This document shows, one piece after another, positions 19,882-29,957 of a DNA stretch of 64,000 bases. The translations under genes and the position numbers were made by a program. This DNA is from a bacterium (GTDB taxonomy: Bacteria; Hinthialibacterota; Hinthialibacteria; Hinthialibacterales; Hinthialibacteraceae): positions 256,001-320,000 of the forward strand of contig CAXXMV010000002.1 in NCBI GenBank assembly GCA_963662285.2, given 5' to 3'. Position 1 is the first letter of the stretch. Each line of letters opens with the position of its first letter. The notes beneath the pieces were generated by a model, which worked only from the letters and a program-made list of their open reading frames with translations, did no database searches and was not told the DNA's origin.

Positions 19882-21480
19882 TCAAGTCCATTTTCTTAAA
19901 ATACTGATAGCCAATTGAATATTTTCGATTACCTGGGTTGCGGTAACGGATTCAAAACCATGTTCCTGTTCAATTAATTCAGCTGATAAACCATGAATAT
20001 AGGCGCCGCAAGCGGCGGCTTTCGATGAATCAATCTTTTTTGACAGAAGAGCTCCAATGATTCCAGACAATACATCACCCATGCCGCCGGAGGCCATCGC
20101 TGGCGATCCGGTCGGATTTACCATAATTTTCCCTCTTGAGTGCGCAATAACTGTTTTGGGTCCTTTAAGTAATGCCGCGCCGTAATCGTTGTCGACTAAT
20201 TTTTTTGCATAACCAAAGCGGTCTGCTTGAATGGAGGCCGAATCTGTATTAAAAAGCCGGGCCATTTCTCCCGGATGGGGAGTAACAACCCAAGGCGCCT
20301 GTCGCATTTGTAATATGTCCGGTGAAACCGCAAATAATCCATCTCCATCTATAAGGAGCGGTAATTCGATCTTTTTCACGATGCGCCGTACCAACTCCTG
20401 TGATGATGGATGGCGACCTAAACCCGGTCCAATTACCACAGCGGACCATCTGGCATCATCGGTGAATATCTCTTCAAATGCTCTTTGGTCGATGGCGCCA
20501 TCCGCTGTTTCATGCACGGGCAGCGTCATCATTTCCCATACGCTTGAAGCGTAAATCGGCAACAATGATTCCGGGCATACAGTTGTAACTAAACCGGCGC
20601 CAGTATGAATCGCGGCTTTGGCGCACATCAACGCGGCGCCAGTCATGCCTCGCGATCCAGCAATAACCAACAAATGGCCTTCTCTTCCCTTATGAGAAGA
20701 AACAGGCCTTTGAGGAAACCACTCATTTATATTTTTGGCGGATAATAATTTACCGAACGATTCGCAATCTGAAAGCAAATCACGGGGAAAACCAATATCC
20801 AAAACCACTAAATTTTTACAATAATCCGATCCGGGAAGCAGTAAATGACCAATTTTGGGCAATCCCATAGTGTAAACTATGTCTGAGATTACAGCACTAC
20901 CTTCAACGCGGCCCGTATCTGCATCGACGCCAGATGCGATATCAACGGCAATCGTGCTGTGCTTTTTCGGTTGTTCGTTTAATCGATAGATTGCTTCCGC
21001 GATTAAACCTCTGGGTGCGCCTCGTGCGCCGGTGCCTAGCATGGCATCCACCCAAATACTGGCGCTCTGTGTTTTAGCAAAGAATGCATCCAAAAGGATG
21101 GAATTATGACATTCCCGGATTGGAAGGCCTAATTCATGCAGACGCAAATAATTCGTCCGTGCATCGCCCGTAAGTTGATCTGCTTTTCCAAGAAGCGCAA
21201 CATCAGGGGAATACCCGTTTTGCACCATATGACGAGCGATGACAAATCCATCGCCGCCATTGTTGCCTTTGCCGCAAAGAATAACTATTCTTTGAAGGTT
21301 TTCGTGGGAATTATCAGCAAGAATGCCTTGAGCTGTTAGCGCGCCGGCATTTTCCATAAGGAAAAGACCGGGCGTCCCACGAGTTTCAATGGCAATCCGG
21401 TCAATTTCCGCCATTGTACGACCGGATACAATATTCAAATCGTATGAAGGAAATTGAAAATACTCTCTCATTTGGAACAT
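19882..21480 (-). CDS. nnr: Bifunctional NAD(P)H-hydrate epimerase/dehydratase
   Basis: LMENAG, GKGNNGGDG, DAMLGTG, HKG..G, GPGLG, TPHPGEMARL, GGMGDVLSG. Confidence 0.95.
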   Translation of the reverse strand: MFQMREYFQFPSYDLNIVSGRTMAEIDRIAIETRGTPGLFLMENAGALTAQGILADNSHENLQRIVILCGKGNNGGDGFVIARHMVQNGYSPDVALLGKADQLTGDARTNYLRLHELGLPIRECHNSILLDAFFAKTQSASIWVDAMLGTGARGAPRGLIAEAIYRLNEQPKKHSTIAVDIASGVDADTGRVEGSAVISDIVYTMGLPKIGHLLLPGSDYCKNLVVLDIGFPRDLLSDCESFGKLLSAKNINEWFPQRPVSSHKGREGHLLVIAGSRGMTGAALMCAKAAIHTGAGLVTTVCPESLLPIYASSVWEMMTLPVHETADGAIDQRAFEEIFTDDARWSAVVIGPGLGRHPSSQELVRRIVKKIELPLLIDGDGLFAVSPDILQMRQAPWVVTPHPGEMARLFNTDSASIQADRFGYAKKLVDNDYGAALLKGPKTVIAHSRGKIMVNPTGSPAMASGGMGDVLSGIIGALLSKKIDSSKAAACGAYIHGLSAELIEQEHGFESVTATQVIENIQLAISILRKWT

Positions 21481-21532
21481 ACGTTCCTGGTTAGGAAAGG
21501 GGTGAGAAGGTTAGTTGATTGTATCTGAGAAT

Positions 21533-21892
21533 CTAAGCGGTATCTTCCTCTTCAGGTTCTTTATAAAAGAAATCGTGTAACCATGCCAGAAGAGCAACAA
21601 TAACAAAGCCCTTCCACATAGTATCGAAAAAGAATTGCAAGGAAATACCTTCAATACTCGGCTCAACAGATTCAACGCCAAACCACGTTAGCGCCACAAA
21701 TTTTTGTAAGTAGCAAAAAGCAATAAAAAAAACACAGACGATCGCGTAATCCAAGAAGGAGAAATTATGCTTAAAACTCTTCGAACCATTAGATTGCAGT
21801 TCGGACGCGCGAATTTGCGCGCCAGTTGATAGCGAGTCACTCTGTGTTTGAGTGGGTAAATCTGATTTGCGGCTTTGCTTTCCTCGTGCCAT
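21533..21892 (-). CDS. Hypothetical two-TM membrane protein
   Basis: AGGA RBS before ATG 21892; two hydrophobic helices. Confidence 0.65.
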   Translation of the reverse strand: MARGKQSRKSDLPTQTQSDSLSTGAQIRASELQSNGSKSFKHNFSFLDYAIVCVFFIAFCYLQKFVALTWFGVESVEPSIEGISLQFFFDTMWKGFVIVALLAWLHDFFYKEPEEEDTA

Positions 21893-22349
21893 GAACACTT
21901 TCCTATAATATCATTACAAGTAGATTTATTAATTTAACACAATTATGGTATATTTTAGAAGGGCTAATAAATATTTGTCCCTGTAACCTGTAATTGTTTT
22001 AAATCTTGTGAATGATAAATTTTGATATAATAATAAATGTCTATGTAAATCTTCCTTTAATAATTGATCGTAAACACTTGTAAATATGGTGGTTACGAAA
22101 TAATTAGCAATTTAACTGATGAAAAAGACGCCTTTTATTGCAGTATGGAGCGCCTTGAAAATAGTTCGATAAAATCCGGTTCAAAGTCCTCAAAAAAGGT
22201 GACTTAATAACAGATGAAATTCTAAAGACACATATATAACGAACTTCATATAAAAAGGGAACGGAGAGAAAGCGTATTTTTTTTAAGAGAATGGAAAAAA
22301 TTACTTAAAATTTTACACTCAGTTTAGATTCCCGAAGGCTCGTAACCAT

Positions 22350-24491
22350 CTATTTCAGTTTCATGTATTTAATGGTCGTTGCGCCTGGTTTATCAGGTAT
22401 CTCTACACTAAGGCCTTTTTCCATCAGTTCCTGGCCTGAAAAGCGTATCTGATCGGGCGTATCATAATTTTTCAATAGATATACCGCTTGTGCATCCAAT
22501 CCCCGCAATGTCAATTGCGCTTTTGTGTAAATGGATTGATCATGGCGGAAAGCTTGTACAAAACCTTCTCCCGTATCCGGACTATAAAACTGCCACGCCA
22601 GCCATTCAGTAGAAGACAAATTATAGTCGGTCAATGGATAATAATCACCGAAATAGTTTTGACCAATCTCGATCCATTCCCGATACAATTTCATAAGCAA
22701 TTCGTCATTAACTTCCACCCGGAAATCAAAACATGCAATATTGCTGGGACACATATTGCTGCGGCGCGTATAAGGATCATAGGATTTTTCTCCGGTTCCC
22801 CAACCCCAGCCGGAGGTGTTTGCCGGGCAATAGGCTGTTCCATGGAAAGGCAGCCAGAATGAAAGTCCATAGGTCTGCCCCTGTTGGCCAACCGGTTCGA
22901 ACAGATAATCGCTGCGCAGCAAGGGAACTGCGCGGCGCATGGTTTCCAGATCGTTGCGATGCCCTCCTGAAGCGCATGAATCAATTACCATACCCGGATG
23001 ACGCTTCAGCAACTCATCCCAATAGGCCAGATAACCTATTACATACTTATTTTCAGTGATTCCTTGTCTATCCGGGGCATCGTTTTTCTCCCAAAACGGC
23101 CATGGATCGATATTGTAATCCTGCCGGTACAAGTCTATTCCTTCGTCATTGATGATCTTATCAATATGATTTACCAGCCATTTCCATGCTTCCTTGTTGC
23201 CCATATTCAACAGGCGGGTTTTTGCATCACCTAGAAGCCATTCCGGGTGAGTGGACGCCAGCCATGTCCCCTCTACCACACGCTCCGGCTCGAACCAGAC
23301 GATAGTATCAATCCCTTTGCTATGGGCATGATCGCTGATGGCTCGTAATCCGTTGGGGAAGCGGTTTTCACTGCGGTCCACTTCCCATGTTCCGGTCCAG
23401 GGCCAGCCATTTTCTGCGGCGCCTACATACCAGCCTGCGTCCATCCACCAGTGATCAAGTTTAAAGCCTTTTTCCAGATAAGAGTCTATAAACTCGATTT
23501 GATTCTGTTCGTTGGCTTTAGTCATCTCTGCAAACTGATGAGAGCTGCATCCGTTCAACATCGGCAGCGGCAGCTGCTGGCCCTTACGGCGGGGGATGTT
23601 GTGCTTGATCATCCATTGCCGCCACGTGTTCTGGGCGTCGATCCAATCACCGCCTTTCCAGAACTGCATAACGATCAAAGGGGTTCGGACCTTTTCCCCC
23701 GGTTGTAAGGTGAAATGCGTAACATCTTGTCCTGCTGTAACTTGTAACCCTGTTTTGCTGTCACGTTCGAAATTGATAGCCCAACGCCCCGGCCAACCGA
23801 CCACGATGATAATCCCCTCGTCACCGGCATCGATATTGTAGTAGGGCCACTCACCGGCGGTTCCTGTCTTACGACCGCCATTTGGACTGAGAGTCAACTT
23901 TTTGTCCGCATTCAGCACAGTGTTTTGGGGAGCGAAATCTCCCGCATTGACATCTGTGCCCTTCCAATGCCGCAGCACGTATTCCTTATCCTTATTTTTG
24001 AGTAGGTCAACGTTTAAGGCCTTGATATCTTTGATGATCGGAGTATTTGCGTCTCCGGTATTCTGTAAATAAATGGTCCATTCGATGCTTTTGAAATCGA
24101 TGAACTCTATACCTTCCCAGCGAACTTCCAGGCCGGTTTTTGGATCAAGCCAGGTTAGCGAATGGGAAATCCGGTTATCATCCAGTGGCTTATGTTCTGC
24201 GTCGAACTTCCAATCTTTCAGAAATCCGGTTGAAGGCTGCTCGTTATAAATAAATGAGAAGGGCGGCGTAACGTTGGTTGCATCGTATTTAGCGCTCCAT
24301 GCTTCGTTTTGATTGTTTGGAGCGATCTTCATACCGCCAACTGTTGCAGACCAAAGCAACCAGCCGGGAGGGGTAGAATCAGCGGCGTCGCAGCCCAATA
24401 TCGTCATCGCTCCAATCTCCAATCCATAACTCGCTGGAGCGACGCTTAGTAAAATTAACAATACTAGTATTGATATAACGTTCTTTATCAT
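22350..24491 (-). CDS. Secreted alpha-galactosidase, GH36 family
   Basis: Signal peptide, WWMDAGWY, RFPNGL, WFEPERV, YRQDYN, IDSCASGG.R.DLE, RSD. Confidence 0.9.
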   Translation of the reverse strand: MIKNVISILVLLILLSVAPASYGLEIGAMTILGCDAADSTPPGWLLWSATVGGMKIAPNNQNEAWSAKYDATNVTPPFSFIYNEQPSTGFLKDWKFDAEHKPLDDNRISHSLTWLDPKTGLEVRWEGIEFIDFKSIEWTIYLQNTGDANTPIIKDIKALNVDLLKNKDKEYVLRHWKGTDVNAGDFAPQNTVLNADKKLTLSPNGGRKTGTAGEWPYYNIDAGDEGIIIVVGWPGRWAINFERDSKTGLQVTAGQDVTHFTLQPGEKVRTPLIVMQFWKGGDWIDAQNTWRQWMIKHNIPRRKGQQLPLPMLNGCSSHQFAEMTKANEQNQIEFIDSYLEKGFKLDHWWMDAGWYVGAAENGWPWTGTWEVDRSENRFPNGLRAISDHAHSKGIDTIVWFEPERVVEGTWLASTHPEWLLGDAKTRLLNMGNKEAWKWLVNHIDKIINDEGIDLYRQDYNIDPWPFWEKNDAPDRQGITENKYVIGYLAYWDELLKRHPGMVIDSCASGGHRNDLETMRRAVPLLRSDYLFEPVGQQGQTYGLSFWLPFHGTAYCPANTSGWGWGTGEKSYDPYTRRSNMCPSNIACFDFRVEVNDELLMKLYREWIEIGQNYFGDYYPLTDYNLSSTEWLAWQFYSPDTGEGFVQAFRHDQSIYTKAQLTLRGLDAQAVYLLKNYDTPDQIRFSGQELMEKGLSVEIPDKPGATTIKYMKLK

Positions 24492-24535
24492 TTCTGATCC
24501 TTGTATTACTTGAATTTAATGCAAACGTTCAATAA

Positions 24536-25126
24536 TTAAATAGAATCAAGTTTATTAATATATTTTTTAAAACGTATTGCCATTGGATGAAAGGGCTTGT
24601 TATTCTGAAGTACTGTTTTCATCCGGAGTTCTGTAACAATTTTTAAGCCTTGGAGGGGATTTTTACATGCTTTTTGCAAAGCTTTTTCGCGGTTTTCCAT
24701 ATTTGTGCGTCCAGGCTCAAGATAATCGGCGATATATACAATCCATCCAATAGGAGAAAGGTCAGGATGTCCGGTTGGATGATATGCTACCGCCATCAAG
24801 ATATCTTTATTTTTGATGCCGTAATTATCATGCAGTAATTTGGCGCCAATTGGAGCATGATTCAGTTTTGTGATATCAATTAATTCTTTTCCTAAGGATA
24901 GAGAGTTTTTGGAGCAGATTCTGGCGCGGTCATCTTTGGGGATTTCTTTGCCACAGTCGTGGAATAGTGACGCCCAGGCCAAATCAGTTCGATCAATAGA
25001 ATAATTTTTCCAGGAATCGGCCAGCACAAAAGCGGTTTCCATTACGCCAACACTATGATTGTATCGCTTGGTGGATAAATTATCTTTAAGTTCTTTTACT
25101 GCACTAGATGGTAATAATTCGATCAC
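24536..25126 (-). CDS. yqeK: YqeK-like HD-domain hydrolase (Ap4A hydrolase)
   Basis: RY.HS.GV, LFHDCGK, HA..GA, YH.TG, YIADYLEPGR. Confidence 0.85.
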   Translation of the reverse strand: MIELLPSSAVKELKDNLSTKRYNHSVGVMETAFVLADSWKNYSIDRTDLAWASLFHDCGKEIPKDDRARICSKNSLSLGKELIDITKLNHAPIGAKLLHDNYGIKNKDILMAVAYHPTGHPDLSPIGWIVYIADYLEPGRTNMENREKALQKACKNPLQGLKIVTELRMKTVLQNNKPFHPMAIRFKKYINKLDSI

Positions 25127-25127
25127 G

Positions 25128-27308
25128 TTATTGCTTCTCTTTTGTATTATAGATTTTTCTGGTTAATTCATCTTTGAATTCGGGAGTGAAATCAAAAGGA
25201 TAGTCTGGTCCGGATTCCAATGATTTTTGCCAATATTTTTTAGCCGTAGAATATTCGCCCTTTTTAAGGTATGCGTCGCCGAGGTGATTAAGAATAACTG
25301 GATGATTATCATCTTTTGCGATAGCTTTTTCCAGATATCCGATAGATTCTTCAATCCGCCCCATTCGATAATACACCCAACCTATGCTATCCAGGATATT
25401 TCCGTCATCCGGATTTAGTTTCAGAGCTTTTTGAATGAGGGCTAATGCTTCATCCAAGCGAATATTATTATCGGCGTATGTGTATCCCAGGAAATTATAA
25501 GCTTCTGAGTCATCGGGGTATATCTCTATTGCTTCTTGCATTAATGATTCTATGTCAGCCAACCGGGACATTTTCTCGTAGACAACCGCCAGCTGAAACA
25601 AGCAGTCCTTATAACCAGGCCCATCACTACTATATGCATTTTTACTTTGAAGCAGCCATGTTTCCGAATCAGACCATTGATGGTTATCCATATAAACCAA
25701 GCCAAGGGTATGGGTTAGAAACGGGTCAGAAGGAGGATCGGTGATTGATTTATGAAGAGATGCAAGCAGCTGGTCGAGCAGGTCGCCTTTGAATGATATA
25801 CGCACCTTAAACCAGGTTTGGAGTTCAAAAGCTATGAGCGAAAGCCATTCCTGGTTGTTTTCTAATTGAGACTTATTTAAATCCTCCAGAATTTTTTTGA
25901 GACGTAACTGCGTGGATATTTGATCTTTACAAACAATAGATATTTGAGTGGATGCAAAAAGGGCGCGGGGCTTTTGGGGATATTTATCGATGCTTTTTTC
26001 TAGTAACTGCTGCAAGTATGGCAATTGGCCGTATTCTTGAATTCGGTTTAATGTTTCTTTTCTGGTTAATTCGAGTAGATATCTTTGGTTATCATCCCAG
26101 TTTCCATTTTCCAGGGAATAATCGAAACCGTCCAAGAAACTTTGATAGCCTTCTGCGCCGCGTTGCAATTCTTCTAATGTACGTCTCTTAAGAATTTGCA
26201 AATAAAAGGCGCCCGGTTCATTTTTAATAAGGTTGGGCAGTTCATCCAATGCCTTTTGATAGTTTTTCAGCTCGAAGAAAATTGCTGCCAGGCGGTATTG
26301 AGAAGATAAATCATCTGGTTCGATTTCTTTCACTCTTGAATATTGATGAATGGCTTCCAGCAACGAATTCCGTTCGTAGTAAAGAGGCCCCAGCGCTTTG
26401 CGTATGCTCAACTCATCATTGGAGTTACGAATATACTGTAAAGCCGAAAGGTAGGTAGTTATCGCTTCGTCTGGTTGATCTAATATTTCGTATAATTTGC
26501 CAATCCTGAGATAAACATCGAAATTACCGGGGATATTTTTCAGCACAGTTTGGTATTCTTGAAGGGCGTCTTGATATCGACCCATCTGGGTAAGAATCAA
26601 GGCAATTCTGAATTCATACATAAACGATCGGTTGCTATCGATTTGGGCCATTTTGCGATAAACGTGTATTGCTTCTTGAAAATGCTGAGTGCGAACATAT
26701 AGAGAGACCAGTTCGCTTAAAATATCCATTGAAAGTGGTTTGATCTCTAATAATTTCTCGTACTGTTCAATGGCTTTATCGTATTGTTTCTTATTGAGAT
26801 AAGCTATAGCTAGAACTTTGTAGGCTTCTTCTTCGGTGGTATTATTTTTTATAGCCTGTGTCGCTGCGTTTATGGCTTCATCCACACGACCGCTTTGGAG
26901 TAAGGCTTTACCTGTTACTGCGCCTAAGAAGGAAGAATCGGGCACAATTTCCAGCGCCTTGGCGTAGGCTTTCCCGGCATCTTCATATTGATTGCGTTCT
27001 TCCAGTAATGCTCCTTCTAGAAATTGGTTGAACAACTTTTCGCGTTTTTCCAGAGATATTTCTGCTTTTTCAGATTGGGGGGATTTTACTTCCGGCTCAG
27101 GGTCGTGATTATTCCGGGAAGTATCATTTTCAAGAGGTGTTTTTTCAGCATCGTCAACCGGGGGAGTATCTGTTTGCTGTTCTTTTGGAATAGAAACATC
27201 AATGGCTTCGTGAGGCGCGGCGTCTCCATTATTCTGTTGCGGAGAAGAAGCGCAACCGCCTAACATAACTAATATGAATCCGGAAAAGACGATTGATTTT
27301 ATATTCAT
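25128..27308 (-). CDS. TPR-repeat lipoprotein
   Basis: Lipobox LGGC, many TPRs, C-terminal AYNFLGY.YAD...LDSIGWVYYR..HLGDAY. Confidence 0.88.
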   Translation of the reverse strand: MNIKSIVFSGFILVMLGGCASSPQQNNGDAAPHEAIDVSIPKEQQTDTPPVDDAEKTPLENDTSRNNHDPEPEVKSPQSEKAEISLEKREKLFNQFLEGALLEERNQYEDAGKAYAKALEIVPDSSFLGAVTGKALLQSGRVDEAINAATQAIKNNTTEEEAYKVLAIAYLNKKQYDKAIEQYEKLLEIKPLSMDILSELVSLYVRTQHFQEAIHVYRKMAQIDSNRSFMYEFRIALILTQMGRYQDALQEYQTVLKNIPGNFDVYLRIGKLYEILDQPDEAITTYLSALQYIRNSNDELSIRKALGPLYYERNSLLEAIHQYSRVKEIEPDDLSSQYRLAAIFFELKNYQKALDELPNLIKNEPGAFYLQILKRRTLEELQRGAEGYQSFLDGFDYSLENGNWDDNQRYLLELTRKETLNRIQEYGQLPYLQQLLEKSIDKYPQKPRALFASTQISIVCKDQISTQLRLKKILEDLNKSQLENNQEWLSLIAFELQTWFKVRISFKGDLLDQLLASLHKSITDPPSDPFLTHTLGLVYMDNHQWSDSETWLLQSKNAYSSDGPGYKDCLFQLAVVYEKMSRLADIESLMQEAIEIYPDDSEAYNFLGYTYADNNIRLDEALALIQKALKLNPDDGNILDSIGWVYYRMGRIEESIGYLEKAIAKDDNHPVILNHLGDAYLKKGEYSTAKKYWQKSLESGPDYPFDFTPEFKDELTRKIYNTKEKQ

Positions 27309-27383
27309 TTAGGACCTATTCTCAAATAGGTTACAGGAAAACCTTTTAATTAACACGATTATTAATGAGTAATAATACCGAAA

Positions 27384-27734
27384 TCAACCGGGAGGCCACT
27401 TCATAAAACGTCCACCCAATACATGTACATGAAGATGGTATACTGTTTGGCCGCCATTGTCTCCTGAATTAATAACAAGCCGGTAGCCATCTTGATCTAT
27501 GTTAAATTTTTGCGCTACCTGGTTAGCCCCGTTGATCAGATGCTGAAGAATATCTGCATTTTCTGCATTGATATGGTTGATTTTCTCAATATGTATTCTG
27601 GGGATAACCAGTAAATGAACCGGCGCCTGGGGATTCATATCCTTAAAAGCAACTACATGTTCGTCTTCATATTCCAGAGTTGCTGGAATCTCTCCTGCTG
27701 CAATTTTGCAAAAAATACAGTCTTCCGCAGCCAT
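27384..27734 (-). CDS. hinT: Histidine triad nucleotide-binding protein
   Basis: DCIFCKI, PQAPVH.LVIP, GQTV.HLHVHVLGGR, WPPG. Confidence 0.95.
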   Translation of the reverse strand: MAAEDCIFCKIAAGEIPATLEYEDEHVVAFKDMNPQAPVHLLVIPRIHIEKINHINAENADILQHLINGANQVAQKFNIDQDGYRLVINSGDNGGQTVYHLHVHVLGGRFMKWPPG

Positions 27735-28015
27735 TGGTTTGATCTCCTGATTGTTTTACTTGTCTTTACAGATGGCGGTTTTTCATGTTGCATACCGCCC
27801 AAGCGTCCATATTAAAATTGAATATCCTATAATACATTATATAACGATTAATAATTCTTTATTGCTTAAAAAGAATCGTTATTGATAATATATTATATTG
27901 ATTATCTACTTAAAATTATCAAGCGCCCTGGATGAGATAATGCAATTGTCAAGCATATTTGGCGCCTAAAGGCGTTTTGTTTGGTGATATCTATTGGAAG
28001 AAAAGGATAATCCGA

Positions 28016-28834
28016 ATGTATTGGTGGCATCTCCCCAATGAGTTTTTTGTAATTATTGCTGGAATATTCGGCGCATCGATTGGCAGTTTTTTGCATGTTT
28101 GCATCTGGCGCATTCCCCGTGAAGAATCGATAGTCTTTCCTGCTTCGCGTTGTCCTGAGTGCAAGACGCACATTGCCTGGTATGATAACCTGCCCTTGAT
28201 TTCATGGTTGATCCTGTGCGGCGCCTGCCGACACTGTAAAACCAGAATCCCGGTCAGGTATCCAATTTATGAAATGTTGACCGCCTTGTTTTTCATGGGC
28301 GTCGTGCATATCTATGGGATATCATCCGCCACGTTTTTGTATATTTTCCTGGTTTGCGATTTGATTGTGGCGTCTGGCATCGATTGGGATCATCAATACA
28401 TACCTGATATTCTTTCTTTGCCCTTGATTCCCGCATCTCTGGTCATCGCCGCTATAGCGCAGTGGTTGGAGTATTTCCCTACAGCGCTGGTACAGGGCAT
28501 ATATCCGGCATTATGGGGAATAATTGTGGGGGGCGGCGTGATCTGGGCGATTCGCATTGTGGGAACCTGGGTGTTTAAGCAGGAGGCGATGGGATTCGGC
28601 GATGTCAAATTAATGGCGTTTTTAGGAGGATTTATCGGCTGGCAAGAGGCTTTGTTGTGTATCTTTTTAGCGGCGTTTATCGGTTCAGTAGTTGGCGTAA
28701 GTCTTAAATATTCAGGTAGAATAGGGAAATATGGTCATATTCCGTTTGGTCCCTATCTCGCTTTAGGGGCGTATATCTGTTTTTTGTATGGCAATGATAT
28801 TATTCTTTGGTATACGGCGCCTTTTGGTAGGTGA
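28016..28834 (+). CDS. pilD: Prepilin peptidase (A24)
   Basis: GSFL.VCI.R.P, S.CP.C, C..C, D..H..IPD, MGFGDVKL, IPFGPYL. Confidence 0.93.
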   Translation: MYWWHLPNEFFVIIAGIFGASIGSFLHVCIWRIPREESIVFPASRCPECKTHIAWYDNLPLISWLILCGACRHCKTRIPVRYPIYEMLTALFFMGVVHIYGISSATFLYIFLVCDLIVASGIDWDHQYIPDILSLPLIPASLVIAAIAQWLEYFPTALVQGIYPALWGIIVGGGVIWAIRIVGTWVFKQEAMGFGDVKLMAFLGGFIGWQEALLCIFLAAFIGSVVGVSLKYSGRIGKYGHIPFGPYLALGAYICFLYGNDIILWYTAPFGR

Positions 28835-28845
28835 AGTATACCGGG

Positions 28846-28909
28846 GGTGATTTTAGATTTCCACTCATCCTAACCCTCCCGTGGTTGAGAGGGGACATGT
28901 CTCTCGACA
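28846..28909. repeat. Degenerate copy of the 15820-15939 repeat core
   Basis: GGTGATTTT...CCACTCATCCTAACCCTCCCG...GAGAGGGGACA...CGACA, colinear with 15848-15916. Confidence 0.55.
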
Positions 28910-29040
28910 GGATTTGTTTATATTTAGTTTCTGAAGCCAGTCTTAAAATAATACCCTATTTATCCCCCGTGTTCTTGACCTTTCCCCCTCTCCTTTTTTA
29001 TAGTGTGGAGTGCAGACTATAAAATTTGAAGGAGACTATA

Positions 29041-29820
29041 ATGAAAAAAATATTTGTTTTGGCATTCATTGCTATATTCGTTTCTGTTGGTTTATTCGCA
29101 GGAGCGCAGGAAAAACCAGACGCTATTAAGGTTTTGCTGATTACTGGCGACGATGTCGCGCCTTATCATGATTGGCGTGAAATCGCCGAATGCACAAGAG
29201 ATGCTCTTGAAAGTTGTGCAATGATCAAGGTTAAAATCTGTGCGGATGAATTTATTCTGGAATCAAAAACCGCGTTGGATAAGTATAATGTTATCTTTTT
29301 AACGGGTTATTTTTCCAAGGAACCGAAACTATCTGATTTGGCCAAAAAGAATTTAATTGAATTTGTTAAGGGCGGCAAAGGCTTTGTGGCGACTCATCTA
29401 GCCAGCGCTTCTTTCAAAGAGTGGGATGAATTCAGAAATCTTTGCGCTGGACGAGTATGGGTGATGGGTAAATCCGGCCATGGTCCACGAGGCGTTTTTG
29501 AGTGTAATGTCGTGAACAAAGATCATGTTATAACCAAAGGTCTGTCGGATTTCAAAATTTTTGATGAACTCTATGCCAGACTGCAAGGCGATGCGGAAAT
29601 GGAAGTCTTGGTTTCAGCCAAATCAGACTTCACTGGAAATGTTGAACCACTGGTTTTCGTTAAGAATTATGGCAAAGGCCGCGTGGTTCATAATGCATTG
29701 GGGCATGATTTCAAAGCGATTAAAGATGTGAATAATCAGAAACTTCTGGTGCGCAGCTGCTTCTGGGCTGCGAATGTTGAATTGCCTCAAGGCTGTAATA
29801 TGTGCTGCAAGATGAAATAA
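29041..29820 (+). CDS. Secreted ThuA-like (class I GATase-like) domain protein
   Basis: AAGGAG RBS, signal peptide, LLITG...HDW, GGKG.V..H, DELY, YGKGRV...LGHD. Confidence 0.85.
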   Translation: MKKIFVLAFIAIFVSVGLFAGAQEKPDAIKVLLITGDDVAPYHDWREIAECTRDALESCAMIKVKICADEFILESKTALDKYNVIFLTGYFSKEPKLSDLAKKNLIEFVKGGKGFVATHLASASFKEWDEFRNLCAGRVWVMGKSGHGPRGVFECNVVNKDHVITKGLSDFKIFDELYARLQGDAEMEVLVSAKSDFTGNVEPLVFVKNYGKGRVVHNALGHDFKAIKDVNNQKLLVRSCFWAANVELPQGCNMCCKMK

Positions 29821-29957
29821 TTTTTAAAAACTTGTGTTATTAGTATTTCCCTCCCTGATAGGTGAGGGATTAATGGGGGATTGGTCAATAAAGAGCAATC
29901 CTCTTTTAATAGGTCTGATCTTATAAATCAGGCTTAAATCTTCCGGGGAGAAGAAAA

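Noticed and set aside
21897-21925. dif-like site (CTTTCCTATAA...), also single-arm matches near 32325 and 61919
   Set aside because: Only one Xer arm matches in each case; the 21897 match is the reverse complement of an RBS.
28831-29022. 63-aa ORF after pilD
   Set aside because: Runs through the REP-like repeat and the ThuA promoter; likely spurious.
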